From Capsulimonadaceae bacterium (GTDB lineage Bacteria > Armatimonadota > Armatimonadia > Armatimonadales > Capsulimonadaceae): a DNA stretch of 64,000 nucleotides. The position numbers and the translations under genes are program-made. Location: positions 2,336,001 to 2,400,000 of the forward strand of contig OZ244065.1 of NCBI GenBank assembly GCA_965215505.1, read 5' to 3'. This document shows positions 54,768 through 64,000 of this stretch, in pieces (the first letter of the stretch is position 1; each line of letters opens with the position of its first letter). Under the pieces are notes generated by a model that worked only from the letters and a program-made list of their open reading frames with translations, did not search any database and was not told the origin of the DNA.

Positions 54768-57700
54768 TTACTCAAACAGCAGCTCGATGTCTTGACGGGT
54801 CAGGTTCTTGAAGAAGCCGCCTTCGGTCGAGATGAGCTGGCTGACCAGGGCGCGCTTGCGGTCCTGCAACAGCAGGATCTTTTCCTCCACCGTGTCGCGC
54901 GTGATTAGCTTGTAGACGAAAACGGGCTTGTCCTGGCCGATGCGGTGGGTCCGGTCGGTCGCCTGCATCTCGACGGCGGGGTTCCACCAGGGGTCGATGT
55001 GGATGACGTAGTCGGCGGCCGTCAGGTTCAGGCCGACGCCTCCGGCCTTGAGGCTGATGAGGAACAGCGGCAGATCGGGGTCGTTCTGGAAGGCGTCCAC
55101 GCGCCCCTGCCGGTCGGTCGTCTTGCCGTCCAGGTAGGCGTAGGGGACGTGGGCGGCGTCCAGGCTCTCGCGCACCAGGGAGAGCATCTGGACGAACTGC
55201 GAGAACACGAGGGCCTTGTGGCCCTCGGCGCGCAGGGTGTCCAAGGTTTCCAATAGTGTCTCGAACTTGCCGGACTCGGCTTTGCTGTCCGGTTCGACGA
55301 GCCGGGGGTGGTTGGAGATCTGGCGCAGGCGCAGCAGGCCCTCCAGTATCTTCATGCGGGCGTCGTTGACGCCCTCCTTGTCCACGATGCCCATGATCTG
55401 GGCGCGGTAGTAGTCGCGCGTCTTCTCGTACAGCTTCTTCTGGCCCGGCTCCATCTCCGTATACAGGATGCGCTCGGTCCGGGGCGGGAGGTCCTTGGCG
55501 ACCTGGTCCTTGGTGCGGCGCAGGATGAAGGGGTGGACCAGGCGGCGCAGGAAGGCGGCGGCGGTTTCGTCCTGGCGCTTCTCGATGGCCCCGGCGAACT
55601 CGGTGCGGAAGTGTTCCAGGTTGCCGAGCAGGCCAGGGTTCAGGAACGAGAACTGCGACCACAGTTCCAGCGTGGAGTTCTCGACGGGCGTCCCCGTCAG
55701 GGTCAGCTTGTGGTCGGCCTGGAGCAGCCGCGCGGCCTTGGCGGACTGGGACACGGGGTTCTTGATGGCCTGCGCTTCGTCCAGGATGACGTAGTGGAAC
55801 CGGTGCTTGCGGAGCATCTCGATGTCCCGGAGCATGATGCCGTAGGTGGTCAGGACCAGGTCGTACTCGTCGAAGTCGGCCAGGTCCTTAGCGCGCGTCG
55901 TGCCCGCGTGGTTCAGGATTCGCAGGGTGGGCGTGAACCGGGCCGATTCGCGCTCCCAGTTGAAAACAAGGGAACGCGGCAGGACGAGCAGGGTGGCGGC
56001 CTTGGCTTCGTGGCTTTCGGCGAGCGATTGGAGGAAGGCGAGACACTGGACCGTGTTGTGCGTCACGATGCAGTCGTCGGTGACGTAGAGGTGGTCCGAG
56101 GCATCCACCGAAATGCACTGGCACGGCTTGGTGCTGACGGCCTCCACGGAAACGATAGCCCGCGTGGGGTGATATTTGACACGCGCAGGGCAGGCGTCCG
56201 CCTTACGCGACAGCGCGAACGGCGGGATGTGCGGCGGCAGGACGATGTTGAGGCGGTAGCAAAGCTGCCCGGTCGTCTTCTTGGTACGCAGGGTAGCGGT
56301 CCCGCCGAGCGACTGGACCAGGAACACGACGTCGCCGGCCAGCCGGGGCGAAACAGAGGTAAATTCGATGTTCTTGCCCGCCGTGTCAACATACCCATCC
56401 GTGTCCAGCAGCCCCTGAAGGAGCGCAATCCGCGCTTCCACGGGAGAGAACTTGTACACGTCCGGGATGAACTTGCCTTCGGCACGGTGTCCAGCCAGGC
56501 CAAGTTCCCGCAGGACTTTTTGGACCGCATTCACGCGGTCCCCCCCGACGTTACGAGAGATCTGCCAGTCGTAACGGTCCTTGTAGACCATGTGGACCGT
56601 GGCCGGCAGCAGGGCTTCGATTCGCTCGATCATCTCGGCATCGGCGGAAGAGAAAACCACGCGATGCGCGATGCCGCCGTCGCCCAGCAACGCTCCTATG
56701 AGATACGGGGGGAGCGGCAGGACACGCTCGGCAAAGTCTATCGGCTTGACGGTGGGGATGAAGTAGCGGCAGTTGCCGGCGGCATCCCGCAGGCGCCGCC
56801 GAATCAGCGAGAGCGGCAGGACTTGAGGCGCATTGCCCCGGCGCTTCCGGACGGCGCTGTTGACCGACCACAGGTGGTCGTCGCAGCACTCCGTCGCCGC
56901 CCCATCGCTGAAGGTGACGCGGAAGACCTCTTTCTCGCCCTGTGGGAAGACGCCCGTGACCTGGCACGGGCTGCCCTGGGAGCCGACGACCCAATCCCCC
57001 ACATGGACGTCACCCATCAGCTTCCAGCCGGTGGGGGTCAGCACTTTGGCGTCGAGCGGCTGCGCTTTGCCCAGCCCCATGTCGTCGGCCAGGCAGCCGC
57101 CGAAGCCGTACTCGTGCAGGAAGTGCAGCCAGTCGAAGCCCGACTTCTGGTAGGGGTGCAGGTTCGCCTTCAGGCCGTCCGGCAGGTCGCGCGGCTCGAT
57201 TTGGGAGAAGCGGCGCAGGTTCTCGCGGCGGCGCTGGAACTCATCGTCGGCCTGGATGCGGTCGCCTTCCATCAAGAGCTGGTCCAGCAGAGTCACCTGC
57301 GCGCTCGCCAAGCGCAGGCCCTCGCCCGAATCCTCGGCCATGGAGAATAGATAGCGGTACTTTTCCAGCCACTCCGTGGGGATCTCGCCGATGGAGCCGT
57401 CGGCCAGCTTGACATAGCGCTCTTTGCGGCGGACGGCCTTGCGGACCTCTTTGAGCTTCACCTGCGTGTCGCCGAAGTGGACCACGCCGTCCACGTCGAA
57501 CCAGTCAATACCCGACGAGACATTGAAAGAAACCGTCGGGCGGCTGCGGTTGACGCGGGCCGAGGTCAGCTCACGCTCGCCGTAGATCTCGAAGCCCGCT
57601 TCGGTCAGGCGCGGCACCTGGGTCAGCAGGAAGTCCACCGGCTCCGTCTTGGCGCGCAGGACAAAGAGGTCGGGCTGCTCGCCGCGCTTCAGCCCGTGGC

Positions 57701-58970
57701 CGGACCCCAGGGTCTCCCACCAGGCCTGCTCCCGGTCGGGGCGGCGGGCGACCCGCAGGAAGGTCAGCGAGTCGGGCTTCCGCAGCAGCATCGTGTCGGG
57801 CAGGCTCTTCTCATAGGTCGCCTCGCTGGCCCCGTAGCCGAACCGGAGCTGGACCTGGAGGCTGCCCTCCGCCTCGGACAGATACAAGCGCGGGACCGGC
57901 TCCACGCCGCCCTCCTCCTCCCAGACGATCCCCCCGCCCGTCACCGGGACGCGCGCGGCCAGCGGCAGCAGGTAGGTGTCCAGGAACGCCTGTGTATCAT
58001 CCGGCGGCACCAGAAGGTCCGGGTTGTCCAGCAGGGTCGTCACCAGGCCCGCGCCGTCCTCGACCGGGTAGGCGGTGCTGCCGGACAGCAGCCAGAGCGG
58101 GTCGGAGGAGACGACGGCGGTCTTCTCGGGCGTCAGGAGGAACTTGCGGTCGCCGAGCTTCATGGAGGGGGTGAGGGCCGTTCCTTCCGGAGTCTGGTTC
58201 AGCTCGACCTGCGCCTTGCCTTGAGAATCCGAGACGCGCACCAGGGTCTGGAGCGGGTCCGCCTCACGGCCCCGGAACAGGAACCCGCCCGCCAGCAGCG
58301 GCAGCAGGGCGCGGCATTCAAACGACCTTTCGTAATAGGGGGAATAGGACTGTCCGGCCAGGGCGGCGAGGTTCAGGGTGGCGTCGCCGCCCGAGGCGCT
58401 GACGAACCGGCGCGGGTCACTCTGGGCGCGCAGGGGCTTGGCCTGCCGGGACAGGGCCTCCTGCTTGATCGTCTTTGCCAGGGCGTCGCCGTCGCCGATC
58501 ATCTCCTCGGAAAAGTGGCTCAGGGGCAGGCTGTACGGGTAGACCGCCCACTGGGAGTGGCGGGCCTGGAGGCTGAACAGGAGTACCTGCCGGGCGGCGG
58601 GGGCGGCGTGTTTCGGCTCCGGCTTGACGGCCTGGGCCAGCACGCTCTCCCAGGTCTGGGGCGGGTGGACGCGCAGGTAGTTCCGCAGGATGACGGCGGC
58701 GGCGACCTGGTGCTTGCAGACGATGTCCGGGTCGCCTCCACACAAGGGGCAGTCGCAGAAGGAGTAGACCCCGGCGTTGTCGGTCCCGAAATGGACCTGA
58801 TAGACCTGCGTCCCGGTGACGCGGGCGTCCGCCTCATCGCGCTCCACCCGCGCCAATCGGACGCGCCCCTGCTGGGAGTAGGCCACACCGCGCCGGATCG
58901 TTGCCGCGTCGGTCCGGGCCAGAATCGCGTCCACGTCCAGCGTGTCCGCCGTCAGAAGTTGTTTCGCCAT
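54768..58970 (-). CDS. SWIM zinc-finger SNF2-family helicase containing an intein
   Basis: CDCP..CKH SWIM; LADDMGLGK|T, DEAQ, TGTP.EN, LVFSQF, SLKAGG.GLN, DPWWNP and QATDRTHRIGQ. Confidence 0.93.
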   Translation of the reverse strand: MAKQLLTADTLDVDAILARTDAATIRRGVAYSQQGRVRLARVERDEADARVTGTQVYQVHFGTDNAGVYSFCDCPLCGGDPDIVCKHQVAAAVILRNYLRVHPPQTWESVLAQAVKPEPKHAAPAARQVLLFSLQARHSQWAVYPYSLPLSHFSEEMIGDGDALAKTIKQEALSRQAKPLRAQSDPRRFVSASGGDATLNLAALAGQSYSPYYERSFECRALLPLLAGGFLFRGREADPLQTLVRVSDSQGKAQVELNQTPEGTALTPSMKLGDRKFLLTPEKTAVVSSDPLWLLSGSTAYPVEDGAGLVTTLLDNPDLLVPPDDTQAFLDTYLLPLAARVPVTGGGIVWEEEGGVEPVPRLYLSEAEGSLQVQLRFGYGASEATYEKSLPDTMLLRKPDSLTFLRVARRPDREQAWWETLGSGHGLKRGEQPDLFVLRAKTEPVDFLLTQVPRLTEAGFEIYGERELTSARVNRSRPTVSFNVSSGIDWFDVDGVVHFGDTQVKLKEVRKAVRRKERYVKLADGSIGEIPTEWLEKYRYLFSMAEDSGEGLRLASAQVTLLDQLLMEGDRIQADDEFQRRRENLRRFSQIEPRDLPDGLKANLHPYQKSGFDWLHFLHEYGFGGCLADDMGLGKAQPLDAKVLTPTGWKLMGDVHVGDWVVGSQGSPCQVTGVFPQGEKEVFRVTFSDGAATECCDDHLWSVNSAVRKRRGNAPQVLPLSLIRRRLRDAAGNCRYFIPTVKPIDFAERVLPLPPYLIGALLGDGGIAHRVVFSSADAEMIERIEALLPATVHMVYKDRYDWQISRNVGGDRVNAVQKVLRELGLAGHRAEGKFIPDVYKFSPVEARIALLQGLLDTDGYVDTAGKNIEFTSVSPRLAGDVVFLVQSLGGTATLRTKKTTGQLCYRLNIVLPPHIPPFALSRKADACPARVKYHPTRAIVSVEAVSTKPCQCISVDASDHLYVTDDCIVTHNTVQCLAFLQSLAESHEAKAATLLVLPRSLVFNWERESARFTPTLRILNHAGTTRAKDLADFDEYDLVLTTYGIMLRDIEMLRKHRFHYVILDEAQAIKNPVSQSAKAARLLQADHKLTLTGTPVENSTLELWSQFSFLNPGLLGNLEHFRTEFAGAIEKRQDETAAAFLRRLVHPFILRRTKDQVAKDLPPRTERILYTEMEPGQKKLYEKTRDYYRAQIMGIVDKEGVNDARMKILEGLLRLRQISNHPRLVEPDSKAESGKFETLLETLDTLRAEGHKALVFSQFVQMLSLVRESLDAAHVPYAYLDGKTTDRQGRVDAFQNDPDLPLFLISLKAGGVGLNLTAADYVIHIDPWWNPAVEMQATDRTHRIGQDKPVFVYKLITRDTVEEKILLLQDRKRALVSQLISTEGGFFKNLTRQDIELLFE
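56055..57065 (-). mobile_element. 337-aa class-3 intein with LAGLIDADG homing endonuclease
   Basis: GK|AQPLDAKVLTPTGW...CCDDHLW...LIGALLGDGG...LLQGLLDTDG...CQCISV...IVTHN|T. Confidence 0.92.
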
Positions 58971-58992
58971 CCGTCTCCGTTTGCTCCGTCTG

Positions 58993-59400
58993 TTAGGGCA
59001 CCACTTGGAACGCCTGCTTGTCCGCCGTGCGGTAGGCGTAGAAATGCCGGTCTATCGTGAACACCGTCCGCAGCGAAAGCGTCTCCGCCACGGCCACAAG
59101 CGAGGCGTCCGCCAAGTCCATCGGCGCGTCCCGATACTGATCCATCAAGATTTGCATCCGGTCCGCCTGCTCTGTCGTCAATTCTTGGATGCGTAGCTTG
59201 CCAGTCAAACGCCAATGCCAAAGCTCCTCCTGAGCCGAGTAGCCGATTTCCCTGTGCAGTAGATACATCGCTTCCGTAAAGCAAGGCCAGGTCGTCAGCA
59301 TCGGGGCACGCAGGGACGGCAGGATGAGCATACAGCTTTGATGGGCCGTGTCGTTCTTGTTATTCAGGGCGACAAGCGGGCCGGCGTCAGTCAGTGTCAT
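58993..59400 (-). CDS. vapC: PIN-domain (VapC-type) toxin
   Basis: LTDAGPLVAL, TTWPCFTEAMYLL, MDLADASLVA and FTIDRHF..YR. Confidence 0.88.
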   Translation of the reverse strand: MTLTDAGPLVALNNKNDTAHQSCMLILPSLRAPMLTTWPCFTEAMYLLHREIGYSAQEELWHWRLTGKLRIQELTTEQADRMQILMDQYRDAPMDLADASLVAVAETLSLRTVFTIDRHFYAYRTADKQAFQVVP

Positions 59401-59678
59401 ACATGCCCCTGACGCCTTTTCTCATCCATGATCTTGCCGAATTCTTCTTCCGAGTTTTGACCAGCACTGGACGGCTCGGCACTCGAAAACAGGCCGATGT
59501 GCCCGGCTAATGCTTCAGCAAGCGACTGACCTTCCACTGACTCTTCATCCACGGGAAGAGTGTAAATGTCGTGACGAAGCACACTGGCGGCGTAGTCGGC
59601 TTCGTCCTGTCCCCGGCGGGCAGCCTTCTCGCGCAGACGCGCTTCTTCCTCTGGGCTGAGATTCATAGTCAGTGTCAT
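59397..59678 (-). CDS. antitoxin coupled to the PIN toxin
   Basis: MTLTMNLSPEEEARLREKAARRG is RHH-like, followed by SLAEALAGHIG. Its stop overlaps the toxin ATG. Confidence 0.7.
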   Translation of the reverse strand: MTLTMNLSPEEEARLREKAARRGQDEADYAASVLRHDIYTLPVDEESVEGQSLAEALAGHIGLFSSAEPSSAGQNSEEEFGKIMDEKRRQGHV

Positions 59679-59741
59679 GGCTTGTCTACCTTCCTGGGCA
59701 TGATAACTTTGCTCTGCCATTGCCTTTTAAGAAGGCGATTA

Positions 59742-60008
59742 TCAGCGGCCTTCCTCATCATCGTAGATGTCTTCCCGCCGAAAATCGGAGGTTGAGGCCA
59801 GCAGGTTGCGGGCTTCAGCTCTTTCGATGCTTTTCAGCCGGAGTTTCTGGATTTCTTCCGGCGTCAGAGTCGAGCGGATGATGGTCGGCGCGGGTTGGTT
59901 CAGAGCCTGCCAAATGAGACGGCGCAGGTAGGAGTCAGCGTCCTGCCCCTGTTCCGCCGCTTTCTTGCTTCTCGCGCTTTCCAGTTCGGGTTCAAATGTC
60001 ACGGTCAT
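59742..60008 (-). CDS. second antitoxin-like small protein
   Basis: MTVTFEPELE...KAAEQGQDADSYLRRLI...FRREDIY. Its ATG overlaps the aspS stop. Confidence 0.6.
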   Translation of the reverse strand: MTVTFEPELESARSKKAAEQGQDADSYLRRLIWQALNQPAPTIIRSTLTPEEIQKLRLKSIERAEARNLLASTSDFRREDIYDDEEGR

Positions 60009-61852
60009 GGCAAATCCTCCGTTATCACGGTGTTGTCAGGCCAGGACGTTTTCTTCTCTTCTTTCTTCGGCTCCTCCTTCTTCGGCGGGTAGTTCACCGT
60101 CAGGCTCAGTTCCTTGAGCTGCTTGTCTTCCACCTCGGAGGGCGCGTCCATCATGGGGTCGAAGCCGCCGCCGGATTTGGGGAAGGCGATGACCTCGCGG
60201 ACGTTCTCGTCATCGGTCAGGTACATGATCAGCCGGTCGATGCCGGGGGCCATGCCGCCGTGCGGGGGGGCACCGAAGTCGAAGGCGTCGAGCATGTGGC
60301 CGAACTGGGCCTGGATCTGTTCGTCGGTCTTGCCAAGCATCTTGAAGATGCGCTCCTGGATGTCGCGCTTGTGGATGCGGATGGACCCCGAAGCGGCCTC
60401 GGAGCCGTTGCAGACCAGGTCGTAGCAGAAGGCGCGGCAGCGGGCCGGGTCGCTCTCCAGAAACGGCAGGTGTTCGGGGCGCGGCATGGAGAACGGGTTG
60501 TGGGCGAAGGTCCAGCCCTGCTCGTCCTCGTCCCGCTCGAAGACGGGGAAGTCCGTCACCCAGCAGAAGTGCAGCGTGTTCGGGTCGGCGAGGTTCTGCC
60601 GGGTCGCGATCTCGCGGCGCAGGCGGTCCAGGACCTTGGCGACGACGTCCGGTTTGTCGGCGACGAACGCGATCAGGTCGCCGGGCAACGCCTCAGCAAG
60701 TGAAACCAGGCCCTTGATCTCGTCTTCCGAGAGGAACTTGGCGATGGGCGATTTGACGCCCTCTTCGGTCACCAGCAAATAAGCCAGGCCCTTCGCGCCG
60801 AAGGCCTTGGCCAAGGCGGTCAGGTCATCAATCTCCTTACGCGACAGGGAAGCGCCCTGCGGGTAGCGAATCAGCTTGACCTGACCGCCACCCCCTAGAG
60901 CGCCTTGGAAGACCGAGAACTGCGTGTCGGCGAGGACCGGCGCGGCGTCCCTCAGTTCCAGCCCGTAGCGCAGGTCCGGCTTGTCCGAGCCGAAGCGGGC
61001 CATGGCCTCGTCATAGGTCAGGCGGGTGAAAGGCGTCACCATCTTCTTGGGACTGATCTTCGGGATGATCTCGGTGTAGAGCGACTCGACCACTTCCAGC
61101 ACGTCGTCCTGCTCCACGAACGACATTTCCAGGTCGAGCTGTGTGAACTCGGGCTGGCGGTCCGCCCGCTGGGACTCGTCGCGGAAGCACTTGGCGATCT
61201 GGAAATAGCGCTCCATGCCCCCGACCATCAGGAGCTGCTTGAACTGCTGCGGAGCTTGAGGAAGCGCATAGAAGAGGCCCGGCTGGAGCCGATAAGGCAC
61301 CAGGTAGTCGCGCGCCCCTTCGGGGGAGGACTTGGTCAGGATGGGCGTCTCGATCTCCAGGAAGCCGCGCCCGTACATGAACTCGCGGATGAGCCGGATC
61401 GCCTCGTGGCGCAGGCGCATCTTCTCGAACATGACCGGGCGGCGCAGGTCGAGGTAGCGGTACTTGAGCCGCAGCATCTCGTCCACGTCTTTGTCTTCGG
61501 CGACGGGGAACGGCGGCGTCTTGGCGGCGTTCAGGATCTCGATGCCTGTGGCCGCCACTTCATACGCGCCCGTCGCGAGTTCCGCCTTTTCCGTACCCGC
61601 CGGCCGCCGCCGGACCGTGCCGGTGATGCTCAGGCAGTATTCGGAGCGGACCCGCTCGGCCACGGCCAGGGCTTCGGGCGCATCGCCGCCGTCCACGGCG
61701 ACCTGGACGATGCCGCTGCGGTCGCGCAGATCCAGGAAGATGAGACCGCCCTGATCCCGGTTCCGGTTGACCCAGCCGTTCAGCGTCACCGTCTGCCCGA
61801 CCAGGCTCTCCAAGATGTCTCCGCACGCCGCCGTCCTCTTCCAGTCTGCCAC
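60005..61852 (-). CDS. aspS: aspartyl-tRNA synthetase
   Basis: GGLIFLDLRDRSG, RLKYRYLDLRR, EGARDY, PQ.PQ.FKQ, CFRDE..RADRQPEFTQLD and GAPPHGG..GIDR. Confidence 0.97.
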   Translation of the reverse strand: MADWKRTAACGDILESLVGQTVTLNGWVNRNRDQGGLIFLDLRDRSGIVQVAVDGGDAPEALAVAERVRSEYCLSITGTVRRRPAGTEKAELATGAYEVAATGIEILNAAKTPPFPVAEDKDVDEMLRLKYRYLDLRRPVMFEKMRLRHEAIRLIREFMYGRGFLEIETPILTKSSPEGARDYLVPYRLQPGLFYALPQAPQQFKQLLMVGGMERYFQIAKCFRDESQRADRQPEFTQLDLEMSFVEQDDVLEVVESLYTEIIPKISPKKMVTPFTRLTYDEAMARFGSDKPDLRYGLELRDAAPVLADTQFSVFQGALGGGGQVKLIRYPQGASLSRKEIDDLTALAKAFGAKGLAYLLVTEEGVKSPIAKFLSEDEIKGLVSLAEALPGDLIAFVADKPDVVAKVLDRLRREIATRQNLADPNTLHFCWVTDFPVFERDEDEQGWTFAHNPFSMPRPEHLPFLESDPARCRAFCYDLVCNGSEAASGSIRIHKRDIQERIFKMLGKTDEQIQAQFGHMLDAFDFGAPPHGGMAPGIDRLIMYLTDDENVREVIAFPKSGGGFDPMMDAPSEVEDKQLKELSLTVNYPPKKEEPKKEEKKTSWPDNTVITEDLP

Positions 61853-62007
61853 GATAGCTCTCCCCTACCCGTCTTCGGGCCGCCGTCTGAAATGATGTGG
61901 CTATCAGTATACCCCAAGTGCCAAGAGGAAGGCGGACAAAAACAGGCCCGGCACGAGAAGTGCCGGACCAGCAAGGGGCGATGAAGAGGGCGCGATGAGT
62001 CGCTTCC

Positions 62008-62583
62008 CTACGGCGGGGGCCAGACAGGCGCGCGGTTCCGCTCGTGGTCCATGTTCATGCGCCGCAGCCGCCAGGCCAGCGAGAGCAGGCCCAGCCCGGC
62101 GATCAGGGCGTAGACGCCGATCATCCAGACGATGGTAGCCAGCCCCGCGCCGGGCGCGGCCAGCATCCCGATCCCCAAAAGCACGGAGACGACGCCGAGC
62201 GCGGCCAAAGCCCACTCGCCCGCGATCACCCGGCGAAGGCGGAGAGCGGCAGCGATTTCTATCACGCCGGTCAGTATGGCCCAGGCCGCGACGAGGTATG
62301 CGAGCAGAAGTGCGGTCGTCGCCGGGTGCGCGAACGAAACGATGCCGACGATGACTCCGACGACGCCTTCAATGACTAGTAAACCCCAGCGGTCGTCGGT
62401 GTGCGTGAAGCGGGCCGCCGTCAGCAGCGCGACCACGCCGTCCACCAGGGCGTATGCGCCGAATAGAGTCACAAGGGCCGCCAGGGCCGCCCCCGGCATG
62501 AGGATCGCCAGAATGCCGAACAAGACGGCCAGGCCGCCCCGGATCGCCAGAACCCACCAGCCGCGCGCGATGCGCTGTTCCAT
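62008..62583 (-). CDS. HdeD/DUF308 family membrane protein
   Basis: WWVLAIRG..A.LFG, P.....L..LFGAYALVDG and WAILTG..EI.AA. Confidence 0.88.
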   Translation of the reverse strand: MEQRIARGWWVLAIRGGLAVLFGILAILMPGAALAALVTLFGAYALVDGVVALLTAARFTHTDDRWGLLVIEGVVGVIVGIVSFAHPATTALLLAYLVAAWAILTGVIEIAAALRLRRVIAGEWALAALGVVSVLLGIGMLAAPGAGLATIVWMIGVYALIAGLGLLSLAWRLRRMNMDHERNRAPVWPPP

Positions 62584-62813
62584 GTGTCTTCACCTCCAAG
62601 ATTAAAACAAGGCTAAAAGCCGCCTTTGGAATACCCTCGCCCGGCAGCCCCGAAACGCAGCAGGGGCGGAGCCGAAGCGGGGAAGAAGCGGGGAAGAACG
62701 CCCGAGAAGATTGTACTTCGATTCCCAACGCTTTGAAGGCATACTAGGTGTTGGATAGAGGCAGGCACAGAGGTCGCCGGTCTCACAACACCCGCGAGGA
62801 AGCAGAGATAATA

Positions 62814-64000
62814 ATGAATCGCATACTCCTATCGGCAATCGTGCTGACCGGTCCGCTCCTGAGCGGCCTGTCAGTCCGGGCCGCCGATCTTTCCGCCGGA
62901 GCCGACGCCCCGCTCGCTTACAATATGCTCGCCAGGGCGACGCCGGGGTCCGAGGCGGTCATCCTCAAGATCAGAGGCTGTCTCAGCCCCGCCCAGGAAG
63001 CGCGTCTCCGATCCTTGGGCGTGGATGTGACGCGCCATCTGAGCTTCATCGGCTCGGTCGCCGTCACCGTCCCGAGCCGGAACCTGGCCCGCGTCGCCGC
63101 CCTGCCGTTCGTCACGCACGTCTCCTGTGACGGCCAGGTCCACAAGTGCGACGAGTTCACGGTCGCCGCGAGCGGGGCGGGGGCGGCCTACCAGCAGTAC
63201 GGGCTGACCGGGCAGGGCGTCACCGTCGCCGTCGTGGACAGCGGCATCGTGTGCAGCCACTGGGATCTGCTGGATGCCAACGGGGACGGCAACTCGCGGG
63301 TGGTGGCGTCGAAGGACTTCGTCTCCGGCTACACCGACTGGCGGATTTTGAATGACTACTGCGGCCACGGCTCGCACGTCGCCGGCATCATCGCCGGCAA
63401 CGGCGCGGCCTCCACCGGCAGCCAGTGTACCCACACCTACTACGGCATCGCCCGCAACGCCAACCTCGTCAACGTGCGCGTGCTGGACCAGAACGGCGCG
63501 GGCAGTGTCAGCACCGTAGTGGCGGGCATCCAGTGGGTGGTCCAGAACAAGAACCAGTACAACATCCGCGTGCTGAACCTGTCGCTGGGGCACCCCGTCG
63601 GCGAGAGCTACACCACCGACCCGCTCTGCCAGGCCGTCGAGGCCGCCTGGAAGGCCGGCATCGTCGTCGTCTGCGCCGCCGGCAACGCCGGCCGCGTCTC
63701 CAACACCGTGGCCGCGGGCCAGTCCAACGAGGGCTACGGCACAGCCTACGGCTCCATCCAGTCGCCCGCCAACGACCCCTACGTCATCACCGTCGGCGCG
63801 ACCAAGAGCGTGGACGGCAACCACCGGCACGACAGGGTCGCCACCTACTCCAGCCGGGGGCCGAGCCGCCTGGACCTCGTGCTGAAGCCCGACATCATCG
63901 CGCCCGGCAACCAGGTCATCTCGCTGGACGTGGACTGGGCCACGCTCAACGCCGCCTATGGGGGCACCAACATGGTCCCATACAGCGCCTACACCACGGC
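62814..64000 (+). CDS. secreted S8 subtilisin-like (AprX-type) protease, truncated by the window end
   Basis: Read manually from the ATG at 62814: signal peptide, GQGVTVAVVDSG, GHGSHVAGII, NLSLG, AAGN, SSRGP and KPD..APG. Confidence 0.9.
   Translation, partial: MNRILLSAIVLTGPLLSGLSVRAADLSAGADAPLAYNMLARATPGSEAVILKIRGCLSPAQEARLRSLGVDVTRHLSFIGSVAVTVPSRNLARVAALPFVTHVSCDGQVHKCDEFTVAASGAGAAYQQYGLTGQGVTVAVVDSGIVCSHWDLLDANGDGNSRVVASKDFVSGYTDWRILNDYCGHGSHVAGIIAGNGAASTGSQCTHTYYGIARNANLVNVRVLDQNGAGSVSTVVAGIQWVVQNKNQYNIRVLNLSLGHPVGESYTTDPLCQAVEAAWKAGIVVVCAAGNAGRVSNTVAAGQSNEGYGTAYGSIQSPANDPYVITVGATKSVDGNHRHDRVATYSSRGPSRLDLVLKPDIIAPGNQVISLDVDWATLNAAYGGTNMVPYSAYTT

Overview
GC-rich bacterial chromosome window. 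The gene mix (prepilin/H-X9-DG protein, YVTN-phosphoesterase, GH42-repeat permease, Deinococcus-like carotenoid ketolase) suggests Armatimonadota, but that is inference only. The housekeeping backbone is argS, fliC-fliD-fliS, thiL-tsaE-tsaB, pdhABC and aspS. Accessory material includes: two toxin-antitoxin-rich cassettes directly downstream of argS and aspS, the argS one carrying a CBS-HEPN(RxxxxH) fusion; a SWIM-Snf2 helicase with an Ala-starting class-3 LAGLIDADG intein in its Walker A motif; an intact IS1182 nested inside the left inverted repeat of a decayed IS256 that truncates a secreted-protein pseudogene; a Y1 (IS200-like) tyrosine transposase flanked by palindromic REP/REPIN-like repeats, with a dispersed copy 5 kb away; GTAG-type REPs; and an unexplained AT-rich four-hairpin array. 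ArgRS lacks both histidines of the HIGH motif. No rRNA, tRNA or CRISPR array was seen. Family assignments come from motif recognition by eye, not from database searches.
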